From IMG/VR virus record IMGVR_UViG_2939786809_000002, positions 3,141 to 67,140 of that record: a stretch of 64,000 nucleotides of DNA, one strand, 5' to 3'. A program made the translations under genes and the position numbers. Each line of letters begins with the position of its first letter. Positions within the stretch are counted from its first letter, which is position 1. The notes beneath the pieces were generated by a model. It was not told the DNA's origin and did not search any database. It saw only the letters and a list, made by a program, of their open reading frames with translations. Shown piece after piece: positions 25,651-34,336 of the stretch. This stretch comes from a virus.

Positions 25651-27000
25651 ATGAGTGCCGACTACCGTTCCTGGGAGGAGCGTGAGGCCACCGCCAAGAA
25701 GACCCGCGCCGAGGCAGAACGTATCGCCGCCGAGGCCGAAGCCGCCCGTACCGCCAGCGCCCAGGCTGCCGAAGCCGGCGCGGCGAGGACCGCCACCGAT
25801 CTTCTCGCCGAGCAGGTCAAGCAGGCCGGGCTGAAGAAGAGGCTCGACGCCGTCGCCGAAGCCGCCAAGGACGAGAAGGCGGAGCACAAGGCCCGGCGCC
25901 GCGAGGCGAGCGCCGACAACGGCACCGCTTTCAAGCGCATCGTCAACGTCGCCGTCGTCCTCGGCCTCCTCGCCGCACTCCCCGCCCAGCTGTCGTACTT
26001 CCTCACCCTCCACAAGGAAGGCGAGAAGAACCCTGGTACCGCGTGGCTCCTCGGGCCGATCCCGTTCTTCCTGGAGCTCCTCGCCTGGGTCGGTGTCCTC
26101 GGTACCCGATGGGCACACCGCAAGGGTCTGCCCCGGTGGCCGTTCTGGATCCTGACCGCGTCGCTGGCCTCGGTCGCCGGATACATCAACCTCGCCCACG
26201 GCACCGACGAGTACGGGATCGTCGCCGGCGTCGCCCTGGCCGCCACGTCGGTGATCGGCCCGGTCCTTGCGGAGGTCCGCGACTTCCTCGAAGGGCGGGC
26301 CGCCGCCGACACCCGAAGCCTGGAGCAGCGGGCTGCCGCGAAGGCCGCAGCGAAGAAGCAGGCCCGAGAGCAGCGGGCGCTCGCGAAGGTACACGCCACC
26401 GAGGACAGGCGGCGCAAGGAACTGTTCAAGCACGAGTTCGCCGAGTACCAGCGGATCATCGTCGCGCACCCCACCGGCGCCATCAGCCGCGAGGCCGCGT
26501 GGCAGCAGGCGTGGGACAACATCCACCTCCTCCCGCTCGCCACAACCGCAGACACGCTCGCCGGCCGCGAGGAAGCCCGCGCCGCGATCAACGCGGTCCT
26601 GTCGAACGCCGACCGCACCCCCGAGAGCGAAGCAGTCGACCGGCTCCTCGCCGAAATCTTCCGCCCCGACGGCGGCGACAGCGGACCTTCCCAGAAGCCC
26701 ACAGAGGGCGGGCCCAAGGGTGGTGGGGGGGGAGGGTCACGGGCCCGCCGACCGGCCGACCCGAAGAAGCCTGGAGCCCTTGGGGGGATTGGCAACCGGC
26801 CCTCTGGTCGCGCCCCCCGAACCGATGCTGTAGAGCCCCTCCGAAGTGAGGACATCGAAGCGGCGAAGAAGCTTCGCGACGCCGTGCCCGCCGACCAGTT
26901 CTCCACTCCCGCCGTTGCCAAGCTCCTCGGCCGCAGCAAGGTCTACGCCCGCCGAGTCCGCGACGCCGTACAGCCCGACGCCACCCAGGAGCAGAAGTGA
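25651..27000 (+). CDS. SpdB2-like integral membrane spread protein
   Basis: N-terminal coiled coil, about 4 hydrophobic helices, Gly/Pro linker, basic HTH-like C-terminus; directly upstream of and coupled to traB. Confidence 0.7.
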   Translation: MSADYRSWEEREATAKKTRAEAERIAAEAEAARTASAQAAEAGAARTATDLLAEQVKQAGLKKRLDAVAEAAKDEKAEHKARRREASADNGTAFKRIVNVAVVLGLLAALPAQLSYFLTLHKEGEKNPGTAWLLGPIPFFLELLAWVGVLGTRWAHRKGLPRWPFWILTASLASVAGYINLAHGTDEYGIVAGVALAATSVIGPVLAEVRDFLEGRAAADTRSLEQRAAAKAAAKKQAREQRALAKVHATEDRRRKELFKHEFAEYQRIIVAHPTGAISREAAWQQAWDNIHLLPLATTADTLAGREEARAAINAVLSNADRTPESEAVDRLLAEIFRPDGGDSGPSQKPTEGGPKGGGGGGSRARRPADPKKPGALGGIGNRPSGRAPRTDAVEPLRSEDIEAAKKLRDAVPADQFSTPAVAKLLGRSKVYARRVRDAVQPDATQEQK

Positions 27001-29222
27001 GCATCGAGACCACCCCCGCCAGCACACCGGATCCCGAGTGGGACAAGCTCGTCTCCGGCTTCTCCGCCGACCCGGCCGAGAAGTCCGCCGGCCCCGTCCT
27101 CCAGAAGACGACCGACGTCCCCGTCAACCGCCCGGACCTCCTCGGCGACATGCCCCTCACGCCGCAGTGGGCGCGGACGTCGACGGGGTGGAGGGCGCGC
27201 GCCGCCGTCGGCAAGGTGAACTCCGTCCGGGCGTTCCGCCGGTGGGTGCGCCGGCAGAACACCGAGCACGGGCACACCGCCCAGGTCTTCCGCGGGATGC
27301 GGCGCACGTTCCTGTGGGTGCAGGGCACCGAAGGCGTCCAGGTCGCCACCGCCCGCCGTGAAGTCCAGCAGGCCCAGGCCGACTACAAGACGGCGAAGTG
27401 GCACCACGGCAAGCGGCTCATCCCCGACAAGGAGAAGGGCAGGCGGCGGACCGAGATGGAGAAGGCGTTCGGTGGATCCGTCACCGCCATGGGCAGGTAC
27501 AAGTCTGCCCAGCGGGACGCCCGGACACGGCGTGCGGTCCGCGGCACGCTCGCCGCCGCGGCCGTCGCAGTGCCGGAGGGCGCCGGGATCTACCTGATCG
27601 GCGGCACCGGCGGTGTCATCGCGACTGGGTCCGCCCTCCTCGCGTTTGCCCTGATCGGCCGGCGCACCACGGGTGGCGAGGTGTACACCGATCGGGACGC
27701 GAAGATCGGTGACGGCGACCGGATGACCGACGACATGATCGACCGGGCGTTCCGCGACGCCGGAATCATCCGCGGCGACCAGGCCGTCGTGTTCCGCTCC
27801 CCGGTCATCCAGGACGGGCGGGCCTGGCTCGCCCACCTGGAGATCACCGGCGGTGTCGAAGTCGCCGACGTCCAGAAGAAGACCGGGCCCCTCGCCTCCG
27901 CCCTCGGCATCCCGAAGCACCAGATGGACATCCGCCACGAAGGACGCGAAGACCACCTCAGCCTCTGGGTATCCATGACCGACCCGTTCGGCCGGACCAT
28001 CACCAACCCGCTCATCGGCACTACCGACAAGGTCAACGCCTGGCGCGACGGGCTCCCGCTCGGCTTCGACAAGCGCGGCAGCATCGTCCTCGCCACCATC
28101 TCCGACTACTCGCTGCTCGTCGGCGGCACCACCCGCTCCGGCAAGGGCATGGCCGTCGCGAACATCCTCGTCGGCGCCATGCTCGACCCCCGCATCCGTG
28201 TCCGCCTCTTCGACGGCAAAGGCACCGGCGAGTACGTCGGTATCGCCCCCGCCCTCGACACGTTCGTCCGCCGCAACCCCGAACGGCTCCGCGACTTCCT
28301 CAAAGTCCTTGTCGCCGAACTGGAACGGCGGACCGAGATCCTCGTCGACCTCGGCGTATCGAAAGCCACCGAGGAGCTCCTGGAGCAGCTCGGCGGCATC
28401 GAGCTCCTCATCGTCGACGAGCTCGCCACCTACACCGTCAAGGGCGGTCTCAACGGCCAGTACGCCGAAGAGATCGTCGAACTCCTCGCCCAGACCGCCG
28501 CGGTCGGCGCCGCAGTCGGGATCATCCTCGTCCTCGCCACCCAGCACCCCAAGGTCGACGTCATCCCGTCCCGGCTCCGCGGCAACTGCAACGGCCGGTG
28601 GTCGATGCGCGTCGAGTCCGCGACCGCGTCGAACACCATCCTCGGGGACGGCGTCGCCGGGGACGGATACGACGCCAGCGACATCAAGAACAGCAAGTCG
28701 ACCCGAGGGCGCGGGTGGCTCACCACCCCCGACACCGGGTTCATCGAAGCCCGCTCCCTGTTCGTCGACGTCGAAGGCGGCGACCTCCGTAAGGCCGCCA
28801 AGGCGGGCATGGCACTTCGTAAGGCCATAGGCCGCCTGCCCTTGCACTGCCCGGACCCGATCGAAGACCAGCTCAAGGCCGACACCGGCATCAGCATGGT
28901 CGCCGGCGGTCCCACCGGAAAGGGCACCCTGGTCCAGGCCGAGGCGGAGCCGACGATCCTCGACCACATCATCAAGGCCGTCACCGCCACCGGCCGCAGC
29001 GAAGCGACCCGCGGCGAGGTCTTCGCCTACATGGCCTCGGTCGACGAGCGGTACGAGCGGGGCGACTCGGAAAGCGACGCCCAGTACGGGTCCCGTGCCG
29101 GGAAGCTCCTGGCCGCCGACTTGGAGGCCGACGACTTCGAGTTGAAGGCCGTGAAGGTGTCGACCGCGGACGGCAGGGAGGGACGCGGGTTCAGGCTCGC
29201 CGACCTCCATGCCGCCCTATAG
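26997..29222 (+). CDS. traB: TraB/TraSA-type FtsK/SpoIIIE conjugal DNA translocase
   Basis: Two TM segments, Walker A GGTTRSGKG, Walker B LLIVDE, ATQHP, C-terminal winged-helix-like region. Confidence 0.9.
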   Translation: MSIETTPASTPDPEWDKLVSGFSADPAEKSAGPVLQKTTDVPVNRPDLLGDMPLTPQWARTSTGWRARAAVGKVNSVRAFRRWVRRQNTEHGHTAQVFRGMRRTFLWVQGTEGVQVATARREVQQAQADYKTAKWHHGKRLIPDKEKGRRRTEMEKAFGGSVTAMGRYKSAQRDARTRRAVRGTLAAAAVAVPEGAGIYLIGGTGGVIATGSALLAFALIGRRTTGGEVYTDRDAKIGDGDRMTDDMIDRAFRDAGIIRGDQAVVFRSPVIQDGRAWLAHLEITGGVEVADVQKKTGPLASALGIPKHQMDIRHEGREDHLSLWVSMTDPFGRTITNPLIGTTDKVNAWRDGLPLGFDKRGSIVLATISDYSLLVGGTTRSGKGMAVANILVGAMLDPRIRVRLFDGKGTGEYVGIAPALDTFVRRNPERLRDFLKVLVAELERRTEILVDLGVSKATEELLEQLGGIELLIVDELATYTVKGGLNGQYAEEIVELLAQTAAVGAAVGIILVLATQHPKVDVIPSRLRGNCNGRWSMRVESATASNTILGDGVAGDGYDASDIKNSKSTRGRGWLTTPDTGFIEARSLFVDVEGGDLRKAAKAGMALRKAIGRLPLHCPDPIEDQLKADTGISMVAGGPTGKGTLVQAEAEPTILDHIIKAVTATGRSEATRGEVFAYMASVDERYERGDSESDAQYGSRAGKLLAADLEADDFELKAVKVSTADGREGRGFRLADLHAAL

Positions 29223-29232
29223 ATCACTTTTG

Positions 29233-29418
29233 CACCCTGCCCCGACCCTGCCCGGACCCGCATCACCGCAGGTCAGCAGGTCGGGCTCCCTGCCCCGACC
29301 CTGCCCCGCGCGGGCAGGGTCACCCCACCCCGGAACGACACCCAGCCCACCTGGGCAGGGTGCGGGCAGGGTCGCCACCTGCGGAAACGCCAGCGCCGGA
29401 CACGGTCCAGGCAGGGTC
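29233..29418. repeat. clt-like locus with TraB recognition repeats
   Basis: (G/C)(A/T)CCCTGCCC at 29233, 29244, 29286, 29297; inverted copies at 29312, 29353, 29364, 29409; paired copies have an 11-bp period. Confidence 0.78.
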
Positions 29419-29451
29419 CGGCACCCCCTCACCGCCACCTAGGAGTCCCGC

Positions 29452-29655
29452 ATGCCGATCACGTTCCGCAAGAGCTTCCGGATCTTCCCCGGGGTCCGGC
29501 TCAACATCAACCGAATGTCCTGGTCGATCACCCTCGGAGCCGGCCGCGGCCCCCGGCACACCATCAGCAGCACCGGCCAGCGCACCACATCGCTCGACCT
29601 ACCCGGCCCCCTCGGCTGGCGCAGGACCCGAACCCGCCGCAACCGCAACCGCTAG
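29452..29655 (+). CDS. DUF4236-family protein
   Basis: ITFRKSFRIFPGVRLNIN...; RBS aggag. Confidence 0.8.
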   Translation: MPITFRKSFRIFPGVRLNINRMSWSITLGAGRGPRHTISSTGQRTTSLDLPGPLGWRRTRTRRNRNR

Positions 29656-29664
29656 GAGGCCGCC

Positions 29665-29850
29665 ATGGAGCGCTACCACTCCCTCTACTTCGTGTCGATC
29701 ATCGGCCCCGCCGTTCTCGGCTTGATCGCCCTCGCTCTCATCGCGCTGCCTGGCGATCCGAGCACCGCCCGCATGCTCATCGGGCTTGCCGTCTATCTCG
29801 CTGTCGTCGTCGGCGGCGGGGTCGTCATGACTCGACGGCTCGACCGGTAA
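29665..29850 (+). CDS. two-TM membrane protein (Spd-like)
   Basis: RBS aggagg; two hydrophobic helices. Confidence 0.7.
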   Translation: MERYHSLYFVSIIGPAVLGLIALALIALPGDPSTARMLIGLAVYLAVVVGGGVVMTRRLDR

Positions 29851-29883
29851 CTGAAGACCACCTCGACAACTAGGAGCCTCCTC

Positions 29884-30390
29884 ATGCAGCTGCCCGAGCA
29901 GCCCGTCGCCGGGCAGCCCACCGACAACCCCCTGGCGCAAGCCGTCAATGAAGCCATCACCAAAGAGCTCGCGAAGACCTACCACCGGGACACCGCCCCG
30001 CTGCCCGTCACCGGATCGGCCCCGCCCGTCGCGCAGCCTGGCCGGGCAGCCATGAGCCAGCGGGCCGTCGACCGCAACACGACCATCCTCACCAGCAGCA
30101 TCCTCACCGCCGTCGCCGGAGGGGCCGTCAGCCTCGTCCTCTGGACTTCGGGCCACGCCAACGAGACGGTCATCGCCTGGATCTGCGGCGGGATCGTTGG
30201 AGTGCCCGTCGTCCTCACGCTGCCCGTGCTGGCCCTGAAGGGACTGATGAAGAGCGTCAAGGAGGCCGCTGAGGCAGCGCCGGCGCCGGTCACCAACCAC
30301 TTCCACGGCCCCGTCCACCACAACAGGCGCACCGTCACCAGCACCACCCGCGGCGTCATCGCCAACACTCGGAACCAGCAAGCCCACTGA
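29884..30390 (+). CDS. SpdD-like membrane protein
   Basis: Pro-rich N-terminus, two TM helices, C-terminal PVTNHFHGPVHH. Confidence 0.6.
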   Translation: MQLPEQPVAGQPTDNPLAQAVNEAITKELAKTYHRDTAPLPVTGSAPPVAQPGRAAMSQRAVDRNTTILTSSILTAVAGGAVSLVLWTSGHANETVIAWICGGIVGVPVVLTLPVLALKGLMKSVKEAAEAAPAPVTNHFHGPVHHNRRTVTSTTRGVIANTRNQQAH

Positions 30391-30415
30391 CTGCCCACCA
30401 CATGCAGGAGATGAT

Positions 30416-30703
30416 GTGGCGATGACGAAGAAGTCGAAGCCCACCCTCGATGAACACCAAGACCTCGGACGGCGCCTCGCCAGCATTCGGGACGAACTGA
30501 GCCGCATCCAGGTTCAGCTGTCAGGCGCCTACCCTCAGACGGGATCAGCTTCCCTGCCCGCGCGGAAGCTGATCAAGGCCCGTGAGGCGATTGACGAAGC
30601 CCGCTCTGCACTGGACAACGCGGTGTTCGCCGAGCACCCGGAGGGCGCCGAAACCACCGTGTACTACCCGCACCCCGAAGATCGGGTACCTCCCGGCAAG
30701 TAG
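30416..30703 (+). CDS. hypothetical protein
   Basis: RBS aggag; last gene of the tra/spd operon. Confidence 0.7.
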   Translation: MAMTKKSKPTLDEHQDLGRRLASIRDELSRIQVQLSGAYPQTGSASLPARKLIKAREAIDEARSALDNAVFAEHPEGAETTVYYPHPEDRVPPGK

Positions 30704-30707
30704 CAGC

Positions 30708-30890
30708 TCACCGCACGACAAGGCCCCGGACCGTCTGGTTCGGGGCCTTCCGTGTCGCACGGGCGATCCAGCTGCCGCCGAGGGAGTTCGTCGGGAACAG
30801 CGTCACCCGCACGTCCAGCAGCCGGCCGAGTTCATCCAGGGCGTCCTGGCACTCCTGCCGGGTGCTGCCGTGGACCGTGTACCTCGCCAT
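30708..30890 (-). CDS. hypothetical protein
   Basis: MARYTVHGSTRQECQDALDELGRLL... Confidence 0.55.
   Translation of the reverse strand: MARYTVHGSTRQECQDALDELGRLLDVRVTLFPTNSLGGSWIARATRKAPNQTVRGLVVR
30720..30749. terminator. hairpin ending the tra/spd operon
   Basis: AAGGCCCCGGACC-GTCT-GGTTCGGGGCCTT. Confidence 0.7.
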
Positions 30891-30934
30891 GACCGCATTC
30901 TGCCGGGGGAGTGGTGGCGGTGGGGTGGGAACGG

Positions 30935-31441
30935 TTAAGGCCGCCGCTCCCGGAGTTCGTCGAGCAGCGACGGGTTGACGATGTTGATGATGGCCTCGAT
31001 GTCCCGGTCCTCGGCGGCCTGCCACAGGATGTCCCGGGCCGCCCGGTACTTCCTGGCCAGCCGGGTCCGCTTCTCCTCGGGAAGCTGTGCGGCCCGGTCG
31101 GGGCGGCTGTTGTGCGCGTTGTCGGCGATCTTCACGAGGGTGGCGTCGCTACTCGTCATGATGCGGCGGATCTTCTCCTCGTAGGGCACGCCCTTCTGGT
31201 TGGTCACCGCCTCGACAGCGGAGACGACGCGGTCTGGGAGACCGTGCTCACGCAGCTGCACGGCGGTCCAGTCAGTGTCCTCGATGACGTCATGCAGCAG
31301 CCCAGCCATCACCAGCTCGTCCCCGAACGGGACCAGCCCGGCGGCGACGGCACGGACGTGCTCGATGTACGGGACGCCGATCTTGTCGAACTGGCCGGCG
31401 TGCGCGGAGGCGGCTAGGGCGTCGACCTCGGCGACGTTCAT
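30935..31441 (-). CDS. HD-domain small alarmone hydrolase (SpoT/Mesh1-like)
   Basis: AHAGQFDKIGVPYIEH...AGLLHDVIEDT...VKIADNAHN are RSH hydrolase motifs; no synthetase domain. Confidence 0.85.
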   Translation of the reverse strand: MNVAEVDALAASAHAGQFDKIGVPYIEHVRAVAAGLVPFGDELVMAGLLHDVIEDTDWTAVQLREHGLPDRVVSAVEAVTNQKGVPYEEKIRRIMTSSDATLVKIADNAHNSRPDRAAQLPEEKRTRLARKYRAARDILWQAAEDRDIEAIINIVNPSLLDELRERRP

Positions 31442-31734
31442 GAGGCGCTCCCGGTGCTGGTGGACTTCAGGGCTTCCTTGCGGGCGCGAGCCAGTTCGGC
31501 GCGGCTCTGGTAACGCGGGTCGACGGGGATGTCGTTGGCGTCGCGGATGCGGCGGAAGGTCTCGGCGGACTCGCCGGTGAGCTCGGCCAGCTGTGCGGGG
31601 TTCGCGCCCTTCCGGAGGGCGTCGAGCGCGATGGTGCGGGTCTCGGGCTTCAACTCCTTCTCGGTCTTCCTGGCCTGCTTGTAGCGGGCGAGGGTGCGGG
31701 CCTCTTCCTCGGTGGGGGTCCAGTCGCTGGTCAT
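31438..31734 (-). CDS. small HTH repressor
   Basis: ALRKGANPAQLAELTGESAETFRRIR HTH; divergent from the 31873 operon and coupled to the SAH gene. Confidence 0.7.
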   Translation of the reverse strand: MTSDWTPTEEEARTLARYKQARKTEKELKPETRTIALDALRKGANPAQLAELTGESAETFRRIRDANDIPVDPRYQSRAELARARKEALKSTSTGSAS

Positions 31735-31781
31735 GCCTGCATTCTGACACGCCTTGTAGTGCTCGGCATAGTGCACGCATC

Positions 31782-31830
31782 AGTACACATGCGAGGACTC
31801 TTGACAGTGCTCACATGTGGACTGCATGAT
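31782..31830 (+). promoter_or_regulatory. promoter flanked by an inverted pair of 18-bp operators
   Basis: TTGACA at 31801, CATGAT at 31825; AGTACACATGCGAGGACT (31782) and AGTGCTCACATGTGGACT (31806) match 15/18 in inverted orientation. Confidence 0.7.
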
Positions 31831-31872
31831 GAGGTCATCGCCAAGCCGCACAGCACCACCCGAGGGGGACCC

Positions 31873-32277
31873 GTGATCGCCAGCAACCGCACCCGCCGCG
31901 CCACACTCCGCACCATCGCCGCCACCCACCGCGCCGCCCGCCACACGGCGAAGGCCCTCCGCTACCGGTGCCTCTCCGGCCTCATCGCCGTCGCCGTCGA
32001 CGCCGGCACCCTCATCAAGACTGGCGACATGCTCGACCGGCTCGGCGCCGACGACCTCAAGGACGGGTACAAGTCCTGGTACGGCCGGCACGTCAAGAAG
32101 GCGTACATCGCCGCGAACGGGCAGCCCCCGGTCATGGTGTGGGCGCAGCACCGCACCACCGGGAAGTGGATTCACGTCGCCGCCTATACCCCCCTGGATC
32201 GGGCCCTGTTCGTCGGCCTCGCCACGTACAAGCAGACCCGGCACCTGGTCGCCGCCGACTTCGCGAGGTGCGCCTAG
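31873..32277 (+). CDS. hypothetical phage protein
   Basis: RBS gagggg; high GC3. Confidence 0.7.
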   Translation: MIASNRTRRATLRTIAATHRAARHTAKALRYRCLSGLIAVAVDAGTLIKTGDMLDRLGADDLKDGYKSWYGRHVKKAYIAANGQPPVMVWAQHRTTGKWIHVAAYTPLDRALFVGLATYKQTRHLVAADFARCA

Positions 32278-32301
32278 ACCAACTTCCGAGCAGGAGACGC
32301 C

Positions 32302-32538
32302 ATGAGCGCAACCGCCGGCTTCTTCGAGGCCGACCGCACCTACCAGCGTCGTCGCTGGATTTTCCAGTGCCTCGCAGTCGCTCCGAGCCCCTTCGATCAG
32401 GAGATTCGAGCAGTCGGCTTTCTCTACCGCCCCGGTGAGCCCGCCACTGCAACTGCCCTGGATCCGGAGGACTGGGAGCTCGACGAGTGGAAGCCCACGC
32501 CCACCGCCCCGGCCCTGTCTCCGGAAGGCCCCCGATGA
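32302..32538 (+). CDS. hypothetical phage protein
   Basis: RBS aggaga; FFEADRTYQR...IFQCLAV. Confidence 0.7.
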   Translation: MSATAGFFEADRTYQRRRWIFQCLAVAPSPFDQEIRAVGFLYRPGEPATATALDPEDWELDEWKPTPTAPALSPEGPR

Positions 32539-32711
32539 CCGACAAGAGCAGCGAGGAGCCCCGCTTCGTCGTGGAGCAGCACGGTCGGCGCAGCTTCTAC
32601 GTCTTCGACAGGGGCACCGGTCTCAGCCGCTACCCGAGCTTCACCCGCCGTGGCGCCCAGAAGATCGCCGACCGGAAGAACGCCGAGCACACCGCTGGAG
32701 GTACCCGATGA
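32535..32711 (+). CDS. hypothetical protein
   Basis: ATGA-coupled on both sides. Confidence 0.65.
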   Translation: MTDKSSEEPRFVVEQHGRRSFYVFDRGTGLSRYPSFTRRGAQKIADRKNAEHTAGGTR

Positions 32712-33259
32712 CCGACACCCCGATGACCCCGGACCGTGACCCGTCCCGCCGTGAGGAGCTGCTGTTCATGCTGCTCCACGGTGGGGCCCGCTCCGAGGCC
32801 ATTGCCCAGCGGGTCGTTGACCTTGCACTGGCCGAGGCGCGCGCCGAGAAGAAGACCGAGGTCGACCGGCTACGGAAGGCCCTGTCCGACGCGACTGGCC
32901 AGGTTGCCGAGCTGGAGGACGGACTCGGTCAGGCCAGTGCCGAGAACGCTGCATTGAGGGAGCGCATCCGTGAAGCGGCACGCCCCTCCCGGTTCAGTGC
33001 CACCCCCGCCCAGGTCGACGCGTTCCTGCGCCAGCACTTTGCCGAGGACACCTACCTGGGCTTCCAGCAGGCCATCGGCGCCCACGCCCTCGAAGAGGCA
33101 GTAGAGGACGCGGGCGCGGTAAGGGCCTCGGCGGACAACGACGGGCTCTACAACACCGACTGGCGTGAGGGCTGGGACGACGCGATCGAACGCGTGGACC
33201 CCGACCGGAACGGGCCGACCCCGGTGCAGCTGATCCAGTTCGGCGAGGCCACCCCGTAA
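32708..33259 (+). CDS. hypothetical protein with coiled coil
   Basis: Coupled start; MTDTPMTPDRDPSRREELL... Confidence 0.7.
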   Translation: MTDTPMTPDRDPSRREELLFMLLHGGARSEAIAQRVVDLALAEARAEKKTEVDRLRKALSDATGQVAELEDGLGQASAENAALRERIREAARPSRFSATPAQVDAFLRQHFAEDTYLGFQQAIGAHALEEAVEDAGAVRASADNDGLYNTDWREGWDDAIERVDPDRNGPTPVQLIQFGEATP

Positions 33260-33303
33260 CTCCGCTCCGCTGCCCCAACCGCGCAACCACAGAAGGAAGC
33301 CCG

Positions 33304-33720
33304 ATGACCGACGTCACTGCCGTGACCCGCAGCCAAGACGAAATCCTTGCCCGCGCCCAGGCCGCCGACGACATGTTCGGCTTCGCGCAGGAAGTCCTCC
33401 TGCCCTACCTGGACTTCGAGCACGCCAAGCCCCTCCTCAACGACGGAGTCGACGCCGACCAGTGGGCCGAGTACGCAAACGACCCGGCAGCGGTACAGAG
33501 CGAGGCGCGCGAGTACTACCTCTTCGCCCTCGGGAAGATCGAAGACCGGCGGGGCCTCTCCGCCGAACGGTCCGTGGTCAAGCTGCGGGAGTACGCCTGG
33601 CTGATGGGCCGGGACGACGTCATCGCCGCCATGGATACCGCCCGGTACTCGCCTTACGGGGAGCCGAAGGTGTCCGCGTTCGCCGCCGGCTTCGGCTTCG
33701 CGCCGGACGGCACCCCGTGA
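33304..33720 (+). CDS. hypothetical phage protein
   Basis: RBS gaagga; RSQDEILARA...DMFGFAQEVL. Confidence 0.7.
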   Translation: MTDVTAVTRSQDEILARAQAADDMFGFAQEVLLPYLDFEHAKPLLNDGVDADQWAEYANDPAAVQSEAREYYLFALGKIEDRRGLSAERSVVKLREYAWLMGRDDVIAAMDTARYSPYGEPKVSAFAAGFGFAPDGTP

Positions 33721-33833
33721 CCCCGCCGTCTGCCCCGGCCCCGTTGCCGCCGTGGGAGGACACCGCACGCGAAGTAGCCCAGGCCGACGACCGGCACTGG
33801 GACGCTCGATACGACAACGAGGACCCCGAATGA
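33717..33833 (+). CDS. small hypothetical protein
   Basis: GTGA/ATGA-coupled. Confidence 0.5.
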   Translation: MTPPSAPAPLPPWEDTAREVAQADDRHWDARYDNEDPE

Positions 33834-34336
33834 TCAGCACCACGTACAAGGGCCGCCCCATCAAGATCCTGGCCGCCCGAGGCAACCCGCACCAGCGGAA
33901 GCTCGTCATCAACGGCCGCACCGTCAGCCACGGTTTCCAGGGCGACGACGTGGCCGCCCTGGGCTGGTTCCGCCTCATCATCGACAAGATCGACAGCAAC
34001 GGTGGGGCCGGAACCGTCGCCATGCTCATCCCCGGCCAGTACACCGAAGCCCACTGGTACGAGCCCGGCACCATCGACATCAACCCCGCCCACCACGCCA
34101 CCAAGCCCGGCGGGGTCTGCGCGTGCAGCCTGTGCATCATCGACGACACCAACGGCAGCCGATCCCGACACATGCCCCTCCACCCGGACGCCTGCCAGCA
34201 CTGCCACCAGGTCCGCGACGGCCACCGCCACGACATCGACTTCCTCAACCCGCACCCCTACACCGAACCCACCATCACCCAGCGGGCCGGACGGCAGAAC
34301 GCTGTCACCGCCCCGGCACCCAGGAGCGCAGCCTGA
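33830..34336 (+). CDS. Cys/His-rich hypothetical protein
   Basis: MISTTYKGRPIKIL...CACSLC...CQHC. Confidence 0.7.
   Translation: MISTTYKGRPIKILAARGNPHQRKLVINGRTVSHGFQGDDVAALGWFRLIIDKIDSNGGAGTVAMLIPGQYTEAHWYEPGTIDINPAHHATKPGGVCACSLCIIDDTNGSRSRHMPLHPDACQHCHQVRDGHRHDIDFLNPHPYTEPTITQRAGRQNAVTAPAPRSAA

Larger units (their letters stand above)
21356..30749. mobile_element. embedded Streptomyces-type conjugation (kor-tra-spd-clt) module
   Basis: Kor-like GntR with operators, SpdB2-like protein, TraB, clt repeats, Spd-like membrane proteins; no integrase or rolling-circle Rep of its own. Confidence 0.8.

Noticed and set aside
29233-29418. clt repeats as a CRISPR array or IS end
   Set aside because: Units are only 8-10 bp with 1-bp gaps and there is no transposase; the position next to traB fits TRS repeats.
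30935-31734. HTH plus HD pair as a toxSAS-type toxin-antitoxin
   Set aside because: No alarmone synthetase domain is present in the window; only the hydrolase is seen.
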